From: Azolla caroliniana
Taxonomy: Eukaryota; Plantae; Polypodiophyta
Direction of reading: 5' to 3'
Assembly: GCA_043228905.1 (NCBI GenBank)
Contig: JBHGNT010000006.1
Location: 22,878,001 to 22,942,000, forward strand
Length of the DNA: 64,000 bases
Shown: piece after piece, positions 13,491-22,344 of the stretch
How positions within the stretch are numbered: the stretch's first letter is position 1
Layout of the letters: each line of letters starts with the position of its first letter
Made by a program: the position numbers and the translations under genes
Notes under the pieces: model-generated
What the model saw: only the letters and a program-made list of their open reading frames with translations
Database searches by the model: none
What the model was told of the DNA's origin: nothing

Positions 13491-14440
13491 ATGGAAGTCA
13501 CGAGAATGCCACATCAATTGGTGTTGCCGTTGGATCCTTTCCGAAAGTGGGGGCTGAATATTGTGGGACCCTTTACCCCGTCAGCTGCTCGAACAGGCAA
13601 TAAGTATATCCTGGTGGCTACGGATTATTGCACCAAGTGGGTAGAAGCAAAACCACTATGCGAAAATACTGCGGCAGCCACAACGAAATTCCTTTACGAA
13701 CATATCTGGTGTCGTTTTGGCTGCCCTATCGAGTTCATTAGTGACCAAGGGAGTCACTTTCTGAGTACGGTCATCAACGAACTGACCCAACACTACGTTG
13801 TGGTTCACAAAAAGAGTACGCCGTGTATTACCCACAGGAAAATGGCTTGGCCGAATCCACGAACAAAACATTACAAACTATCCTCAAAAAGATAGTCAAT
13901 GAGAACAAAACAGATTGGGATACCAAATTGCACAACGCGTTATGGGCATATCGAACCAGCTATAAGACCAACATACAATCCATGCCTTTCAGACTGGCAT
14001 TTGGGCTAGAGGCCATGATGCCAGTCGAATTCCAGGTACCCAGTTTGCGGATTCAAGTACGAGACCGGCTGCCAGAGGGCAAATCCGAACAAATACGACT
14101 ACAACAATTGCTAGAACTAGGCAAAACCCGGGCATGCAGTATGGCCATATTGGAACAAGAACAACGGTGGTGCAAAGCATTCGTGGACCGACATCGGCAT
14201 GCATGTGAAAAGGATTTTACGATTGGGAAGGCGGTATTAGTTTTTCAAACATGCATGGGGAAAATGCCAGGAAAATTAAGATTCTGCTGGGTAGGCCCAT
14301 ACTAGATAGTTTGAGCGGAAAACGACACATTTCAACTTGGCACCTTGGCCGGAGAGGTGCTCCGACAAAAGGTGAATGGGTTTTGCTTAAAACCCTACCT
14401 GGGGCCTATGACACTTAACCTGTTCCCCGCCAGATAGGAC
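13491..14440 (+). pseudogene. Tat-1 integrase core and GPY/F domain
   Basis: PFRKWGLNIVGPF, ATDYCTKWVEA, SDQGSHF, YYPQENGLAESTNK, KLRFCWVGPY. Confidence 0.9.
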
Positions 14441-14804
14441 AAAGCCGGCGAATCTGCGGAGTAAGTATAGGGCCCTACTTGTACTATACTGTAAAAATAA
14501 TATTGTATGTAACCGTTACTGAAAATAAAAAGAAAAAAAAGAAAAAAAGAAAAAAAAGAAAAAAAGAAAAAGAAACAAAGAAGAAGATAATGATGCTATT
14601 AAAAGGACTTGATGCATGCACAAAATTCTAGAGCAAGAACACACGGCACCATGATGGCTCACAGACCAATGAACCCTAGGGCACAAAAAGAAGAAAATAG
14701 AAGGTTTTCTGCATAGTACAGAAACTAACCTTCTAACTCTCATTGCTCTCATCGCTCCCCTCACTCACCTTCCTCTCCATCCTACCACAGAGCGCAAGTT
14801 CGCC

Positions 14805-17529
14805 ATAGCCATCATACCTCATCCACTATCCACGAGTCTCACCCTCCTACGACGTCGATCCCTATTTTTGCCGCCTTGCGTAGATGGCTCGTTGAGAAGC
14901 GTCTGGATGGATACATCAAACTCGCCCAGGCACCCGCTCATCTTGAAGTCCTGGACATCGCCAGGAAACTCAATATTGACACGCTCACCAACTCATCAAT
15001 TCGAAAGAAGCTTGACCTGTCATCGCTCGGAGAAAGGAATTTTGACATTCCTCCTACGGAAACCTTGCAGAGATATTTCGGGGCATATTTGGCGTCCGCC
15101 AAGGCATACAGGACGAAGGAAATCCCCGATCTCTTCTTCTGCGAAATAGCCAAGTTCTTGTTGGAAGTCGGATGCGTGCATGTAAATGCCTATGGGATGC
15201 CAAAACAAAAGGTAGGCATCATCATTGATACCTTCGAAGGGTGCGCGGTAGATTGGGGGGTCATTATGGGACCAACGTTACGGGAAGGCCTACATGTGTA
15301 TCAAGGCGGCAAAAAGCTAAGGTCAATCATACCACAGTATCTGACGATACTATTCCCACCCTGGGGTCTGCCCGCACCACAGCCCAACAAGCCCACGCCG
15401 CCGCCACGTTCCGCGAAACGGAGGTTAGCGGAATTGGCTACCACAGAATGGGAGGATGAACCCCAATCGGCCCAGCCCAGAATGCAGACAACACATGAAG
15501 AATGGCCGGAGCGCAGGGAAGAAGCCCCGCAGGAGCAGGAAGCCGAGCAACATCAGGAAAGCCCAAGGCCGAAACGGCGGAGGCTGGACAGGAAAGATGG
15601 GCGTGGATTAGTTAAAGACACTCACGGCCACAAAGACAATCGTCGTAGCTACGGAACCCAACACCACTTTCGAAATAATCCAGGAACCACGACCGATCAT
15701 TATGGCCCAGTTTCAGCGGGGGAAAGGCGTATTTACGAAAGAAAGCGAGGTCCTGAAGTATCCGGACATTTCAGACACAACCCACGGGTTCGACGCACTA
15801 TTACAGTTCGGCACTACTTACGAACTCATAGAATTTTTGGCAACGCGACCAATAAAAGTCTCACAATGAATGACCGAGGAGCACGCGGAGCAACAAATGA
15901 TTGAGTGCGCGCTAACACAAACAATGGAAAGTGATGATGAGGGGCCGCTAGCCAGACTAGGCAGACAACAGAATGTCGGGATACACCGAATGGGAATTGA
16001 ACTACCCCCATTAAAAGCGGCCCTCGTTGAGGTGCATAGGGAACTAGCAAAGGTCAGTCTTGGCGCCAAGGATATGGCGATTAAAAATAAAAATGTCTGG
16101 AAAACGGTTAAACAGACCCAAGCCGAGCTACAAAAGGCCAATGAACGCATCGCGTAGTTGGAACGTAACGTGACTATGGCGCAATAGGAATCTCGACCAA
16201 CAGACAAAGCCGCCGAGGCCTAGTCCCTGAGAGGAGAGGTTGAAGCACAGACCACCATTTCCTCGAAAGCAAAGAGGGTCGTGCAGCTGGCGGAATCGGA
16301 GATTGACCGCCTCCGCTCCGAACTTCGCCAATCCTCTGACAGAGAAAAGGACATCAGGGCAACGGCCGAAAGGTAGTGAAGACCCTTGAAGAGAAACTCG
16401 TAGCGGAGGCAGCACAACACACCCGCACGAAAGAAGAGAACTCCAAACTACGGGAGGAAGCGCAAAAATCGGAAACGACGATCATGGGACTCCGGGTGTT
16501 ATTGGAAAAGAAGAAAGCATGGTTCGACGAGCAACTTGTACGAGAACAGGAGAGGAGGCATCAACTCAAAATCTGCCTGAACAATGAAATGGGAAAGTTG
16601 GAGGAATTACATTCGAAGGAATCTCAGCTATGGGTAGGAATGAGGAGCAATTATGAGGAAGTAGCGGCGGTCAGTAAACAAGAAAATGAAAACCTCAAGA
16701 AAACCTTGGAAGAAGCATGCAACCGCTACCAAGCAATAACCGACAACGTGCGCATACTTCTTCAAACAAATCGGCAGAGGTTTATGACGCAATTACACGC
16801 GACGCTAGACAAAGGCTAGATGGTGTGGGCTGCACAAGTGGCGGAGTTGCATACTTACCGGGCAGACTGGGAGAACCGAAGAAAAGACGAAGAAAAGATG
16901 GCTGAGGTTTCTACAAACTCAATGAGGAAAGCATTGCGGCAGTACGTGGGGACCTAGTGCAGGATTATCGCACGCTAGCGGACCAACACTTCGAGGAACT
17001 CGCGCAGCTACTAGACGATTTTGGCAAATGTCAGGAGGACATGTTTCACCAAATCATGCAAGCCGGCAGCACACGACCAAATGAGAAATCCATCGCGATA
17101 CTGGTAAAGGATACTGCTGAACGAGAGGAACCTCAGCCTACGTCACCGGAAATAACCACTACAGTGGGCAGCATGGAACAACAAGCGGAGCCCCCCGCGA
17201 TACAGGAAAGTGAGACCGCCGAACAAGACGAACCTCAGCCCCATTCACCGGAGCATATGACCACGGCCGGCAACATGGAGGAAGTTACGGACAGGACAGA
17301 GCCTCAACCTCCCGAGAGCCCACAGGCGGATGAGCCAACCATAGTAGAACGAGAGGAGCCAGTAGAGCCCGGACCGCCCACACAGGGAGACCTTAACACC
17401 ATGGAAAGCCCCACCGAGCACGTACAAGACATGGAACCACACAACAACGCGCCTACGGACACTACGTCGTCCCCGAACCAGGACATCGGGGCGGAACCAA
17501 ACATCCGGGCCATTTTGGAGGAAGATTAA
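14805..17529 (+). pseudogene. Tat-1 extra ORF (~900 codons): globular N-terminus, NLS-like motif, long coiled coil, acidic/Pro-rich tail
   Basis: Chain of sense ORFs 14876-15904, 15870-16157, 16376-16819 and 16957-17529 broken by TAG stops and frameshifts; the start at 14805 (ATA, presumed mutated ATG) is inferred. Confidence 0.7.
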
Positions 17530-17557
17530 AGGAGTGGGTCCGACGTGCCATGGCACT

Positions 17558-17574
17558 GTCCCACAGGCGTGCCA
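17558..17574 (-). promoter_or_regulatory. Inverted tRNA-Arg PBS-like site occupying the PPT position of Tat-1
   Basis: Minus strand reads LTR-end CA, CC, then TGGCACGCCTGTGGGAC; 15 of 16 nt identical to the PBS of Tat-2 (19876-19891). Confidence 0.75.
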
Positions 17575-18962
17575 GGTGTTGTCCGTCGGAATAGTAACCG
17601 ACGGACAGAAGCGAAGAAGTATTATAATATAGTAAAAGTGTAAGAATCGTATGTAACGGTTCACACAGGAAGCGTGAACAACTAAAAGACCTTGTGTATA
17701 TAAAGGGCAGAAATCCTCTGTAAGAGGTAGCGTGTAATTTTGGTGCATAGAGCGTTATTTTAATAGAGTACTATCTTCTCTGATTTTTGTGCATATCTGT
17801 GGTTGATCTACTGTGTTCTTTGATTCTCAGTGGCGTATTGTACTCATAAGGGCATAGGCGTAAGTGCGGTTACTAGTGCACTGTCTAAGGAGTTCGGTTG
17901 TAGCTGTCTCCCTTATACGCTACTAGGATACGGGGAAGTATCCCATTACGTATTATGGTACGACGGTACCATTCTTTGCAACGCAGTCACCTTGAGGTCT
18001 AGGTCGAAGGACTGGCCATAGACCGTGTTCCTAATTGGTAACAACATGCTGGTCCAATGTTGCACCTTCACATTCTGGTCTAGAGGTGTCGAGACAGATT
18101 TCATTCTGTCATACCGAATTTGAAGCGCACACTCAACACATAGTGGCATTGATTGATCAACATGTCTTCTGGGTGCGGATCACTTTGATGCCGAGGAAGT
18201 AATGAAGATCTCTTAGATCCTTCATCTCAAATGATGTTGCCAGTTGGGATTTGACGCGGCCGATTTCGTCCAAGTCAGCGCCGACGATGACAAGATCATT
18301 CACATAGAGCAATATTCTCACCGACCTGTTTCGTCCCTGCCACATGAAAAGTGAAGAGTTCGATTTCGACGGAGCAAACCCCATCCGACACAGTTTTTGC
18401 GTGATCTTTGCATTCCAGGTGCGCGGGGCTTGCTTAAGTCCGTAGAGGGACTTCTTCAATTGGCACATTGCCGAACTCAAATACGGGGGGCTAAAGCATA
18501 TACACCTGTTGCACAAGATCACCTTGTGAGAATGCGTTCTTTACATCCATATGATGTAAATGCCACCCCTTCGCAGTTGCCAGTGCAAGCGGGACACATA
18601 TGGTCATCATCTTCGCGACCGGCGCAAATGTCTCATCATAATCGATGTTGTGCTATTGCACGTAGTCCTGGGCCACTAACTGGGCCTTGTACCTGTTGAC
18701 TGAGCCGTCAACATTGTATTTCACTTTGTATACCCATCGACAACCGATCAACTTCACCCCTTTCGGCACATTAACTAAGTCCCACGTCTCATTTTCCGTG
18801 AGTGCGTGCATCTCTTCCTCCATGGCCTTTTGCTAGTTCGGATCCTACATGGCCTTCTGTGTAGCTCTCTGGCTCACACACGACTGCCACCTTCACCATG
18901 TACGCATAATCATGCGCCATATACTCATTGTACCCGTACCTCTTCACAGGGTTTTTTTGGCA

Positions 18963-20306
18963 AGTTGGCGAACGGACAGAGCCGGATAGTGGTCGGAGCA
19001 GCCAAAATGGCTAGAAGGGCCGGGAGATAGCCCGACCGGCCAGAATGGTAGTATAACGGCTTAAGCAAGGGTGACGACTGGACAACCAATGGCTGAAACA
19101 ACGAGCCAAACATCCAGAAAGACACGGCTTAATAGTGACAAAAACGAAGACAAAGACGACTGAATAGCGTGGGAGCCAGACAATGGCCGCACAAAGACGA
19201 ACGACGCGACAGATATGTGCAGACAACTAAAACAAAGAAAACGCAGAGAAGAAAGAACGAGACAGATGTAGAAAATAAAAAGAATGAAGTTTAAGAAAGC
19301 ACGGAGCAACACAAACAGAGAAAAAGAGAAAGAAAGATAGGAGAAATGGAAGAAGTCATGGAGAGACGGAGAAGCGAGCACGAGAGACAGAGAAAGAAGA
19401 AGAAAGAGGAAGAAGAAAGTTACACACCAACGAGAAGAAGCAAGAAGAACAACGAGAAGGAAAAAAGAAAGAGGGAAAAATGGAGTCAAGGGCATTTGTG
19501 AAAATTTAAAAATAAAATAAAATTGAGGGTATCAAACATAATTTAAAAAAACATGAAGGTACATGATAGAATTTAAAAAACTAAAGGGCACCTACAAAAT
19601 CTCGAAAACTCATGAACCTAAAAGAAATGGATGCGATCCACACACAACTCACAAAACAAAGGAAGAACACACATACAGACGACATGATTTTGGACCTATG
19701 ACAAAGTTTGTGAACCGATAGAATGGAAATGTTCGTGTCGATGAAGTCACTGACCAAAGGAGATGTTCGAGTCAAATGCTCTGATCGAGGGAGTCGATCG
19801 TTGAGAGGACCGATGGAAGTTCCAGTCGAAGAAAGATTAGGATCAAGGCATGTCGGATCGACATGCAAGGCACTCTCCCACGGGCGTGCCATATTATGTT
19901 ACCGTACGAGATGTACAGGTGATTGATAACTGTGATAAGTGAGGGTGAAAGATGTAATGTGTTGATATGTATGTGTAATGCTATACGATTATGAGTGTGA
20001 ATGTAAGTGTGAGTGTGGTACATACAAAGAGGTGTGAGTGAGTGACTAGGTGTGAATGCCCAAGGGGAATGAATTATGGGGAATGAATGAATGAACCCCA
20101 TTGTACCTATTTAAGCCCTTATGGGGAATGAATGAATGAACCCCATTGGGAGGTGGGTGGATCCATTCTAGGCACCACTCCCCACCCCTCAATGCTTGTC
20201 TTGTTCTTCATGATCTCTCTCACCATCATACTCTCCATCATTTTCACTATTACACCATTACCATTCATCCTCATCCTTTACCCTAACCCTAAAACCTACA
20301 ACAACA
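18963..20306 (-). mobile_element. Tat-like element Tat-2: 5' LTR, PBS and 5' UTR only
   Basis: LTR about 19897-20306 (minus strand TGTTG...CGGTAACA, same termini as Tat-1); PBS TGGCACGCCCGTGGGA at 19876-19891; pyrimidine-rich UTR. The outer LTR end is ambiguous by 3 nt. Confidence 0.7.
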
Positions 20307-21025
20307 AGCATACTAGCATCACCCATGACGATAGGGCAATAAAGACCACCCAAGAAGGGGAGCATGGTGGTCTTAAGAATGAGGTGACTATCACCAGCCA
20401 AGAGGAGTTCACCATGAGTACTGCCACAACCCACATACAGGAGCCTGATTGTACTAAGAACGAGCATACTAGCATCACCCATGAGGATAGGGCAATAAAG
20501 ACCACCTAGGAAGGGGAGCATGGTGGTCTTACGAATGAGATGACTATCACCAACTAGGAGGAGTTCACCATGAGTACTGCTCCAGCCTACATACATGAGC
20601 CTAATTGTACTGAGAACAAGCATACTAGCATCACCCATACTAGCATCACCCATGAGGACAGGGCAATAAAGACCACCCATGAAGGGGAGCACGGTGGTGT
20701 TAAGAATGAGATGATTATCATCAGCCAGGAGTTGACCATGAGTACTACTACAACCCACATACAAGAACAACAACATTTGGAGAACAAGATGAGTGATAAT
20801 TTGACTATCAACAGTACCTTTGATGTCTGTACAAGCATTCCAGTTGTAGAAAACACAATTGCTCTCTCAAGCTTGCCACTGGTCCAAGGTGCCCATACAT
20901 CCACCCCTGTCTTTGATGCCTCTGATGATGAAGTACCACTTAGTAAGCTGATACCTAAAGGCTTTAAGATGAAGAAGAATGTAAAATCACAGAAGATTGG
21001 CCCCAATAACAAGCGCATTACATGA
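20304..21025 (+). pseudogene. 3' part of an unknown ORF with three 156-bp (52-aa) tandem repeats, convergent on the Sola-like transposase
   Basis: Unit NKHTSITHEDRAIKTTQEGEHGGLKNE... at 20308, 20464, 20620; C-terminus DASDDEVPLSKLIPKGFKMKK; two TAG stops in repeat 2. Confidence 0.55.
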
Positions 21026-21294
21026 TCAGTGAAATTGTGAAATGGTGCCTGATTGTCTTTCTATTGAGAAGTTTGTACTTGAACTACAACTGAACTGTTA
21101 GTGATGTCTGTACTTGAACTATGTGTAATACCAAAATACTGTCTAAATTGCTAATGTGAAATGCTGTATTGACTCCAGTTCACTCATCTAGTGTTGTTCG
21201 CATAATGTGAAATGCTATATTGCTAATTGTAGAGAATCAGAATGTTGACAATTGCCAATTGTCGTGCAACCCTGATTGTCTTGATTTCAAATAA

Positions 21295-21530
21295 GATACT
21301 ATGTCCATCTATGTATTAGGGAACATTTGACATTCATATTAGCACTAAAGTAAGATGTATGTATCCGTCTAACTGAGATACTTTGGGAGACTACTATGTA
21401 ATAGTGAACATTTGACATTCATATCAATACTAAACTGACATATCTTATATTCGACTAATTGAGAAACGTTGGGAGACTACTATGTATTAGTGAACATTTG
21501 ACATTCATATTAGTACTAAACTAAGATATA
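21295..21530. repeat. About 85-bp tandem repeat, 3 copies
   Basis: GAACATTTGACATTCATAT recurs at 21321, 21406 and 21492. Confidence 0.8.
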
Positions 21531-21714
21531 TATTGTAATAAACTAATATGTATACTGTAATAAGTTTGGGCTGTATTGATACTTGTGAAGTATGATCTCC
21601 TTGAGTGCACATAGGCAGAGTTGAATAAAGACTTAACACAATAGGGATTAGAAATAAAAATCTCTATAATTACTAAAAACATTTACTAATATAATTACAA
21701 GAAATACTTACTAT

Positions 21715-21948
21715 TCAGATTGATCCTTGTTTTATACTACTGGTATTGATACGTGAATAAGTTTGGACCTTGTAGACAGTGTTGTATCCTTTAACCATGT
21801 GCTTTGCTTGAGTCATATTGAAGTTGATCGCAATAATGGCAGCAACGTAGATTATTACGGTGGGTGCATCTTTTAGTAATGCATATGTGTTCTTGCACTC
21901 CGGCAACTTTGCATAATAGTTTCCATACACGACAGACTCACCAACGTT
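21715..21948 (-). pseudogene. Sola2-like transposase, C-terminal segment
   Basis: NVGESVVYGNYYAKL...AINFNMTQAKHMVKGYNTVYK; joins in frame to 33663 (GNMFN-VGESVV) once Copia-A is removed. Confidence 0.7.
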
Positions 21949-22344
21949 TGTTGGGAAACATGTCCCTTTGGATGGGAAGAGAAGTACCATGTGGTGAGTA
22001 TCTCGAAACCGACATCCGAATTGAAATCAAAAATTGAAATCAAAATCGAAAACAGAAATCAAAATCGTAAATCAAAATCGAAAAACGAAATCATTTCGGA
22101 AGACTATAATTGTGAATAGTCTAAAATGCCCTTGTGGGCAATAATTGTAAATAGCCAGAAAGTTTCTTTTGTTTATAAGCAACTAGGGAAAACTTTAGTA
22201 AGGGTAGTTGATCATTAGTCTAAAGTTAGAATGACGGAGTTGCCTCTGTAACCGTGAGTAAGAGAGTGAGAGTGTAACTTTGTTGCCGTTTGTTAGATGA
22301 AGGAGAACTCGAGTTCATTGCCTCCGAGTTTCGTATTTGTACTT

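Larger units (their letters stand above)
11407..18043 (+). mobile_element. Ty3/gypsy non-chromoviral (Tat-like) LTR retrotransposon Tat-1, lacking PR-RT-RH, with an extra 3' ORF
   Basis: 467-bp LTRs 11407-11873 and 17577-18043 (TGTT...AACA); flanks GTATG / ACATG both derive from a GCATG TSD that restores host IGPACDPKRF; PBS TGGCACGCTTGGTG at 11878-11891. Confidence 0.93.
9681..18962 (-). mobile_element. Ty1/copia element Copia-2, 3' half only (3' LTR, PPT, 3' extension, RNase H, RT), split by a gypsy insertion
   Basis: 3' LTR 9681-10081 homologous to the Copia-1 LTR; PPT at 10082-10090; RNase H/RT at 10700-11406 resuming at 18044-18962 (KKSLYGLKQAPR, NETWDLV); no 5' LTR or matching CAACC TSD found. 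Confidence 0.85.

Noticed and set aside
14520-14590. A-rich run as the poly(A) tail of a retroposed insert
   Set aside because: No TSD; GAAAAAAA-type runs are common between pol and the extra ORF in Tat/Athila-like elements.
17516-17538. Purine run as the functional PPT of Tat-1
   Set aside because: It ends 38 nt upstream of the LTR TG, and the intervening sequence is not present at the 5' LTR; kept only as the alternative in the dual-PBS finding.
19061-19495. Hydrophobic 144-aa ORF as a membrane or envelope protein
   Set aside because: Translation of low-complexity CT-rich UTR sequence (F/L/S bias).
20281-20296. Interstitial telomere or chromosome healing site
   Set aside because: Only about two units, located within an LTR.
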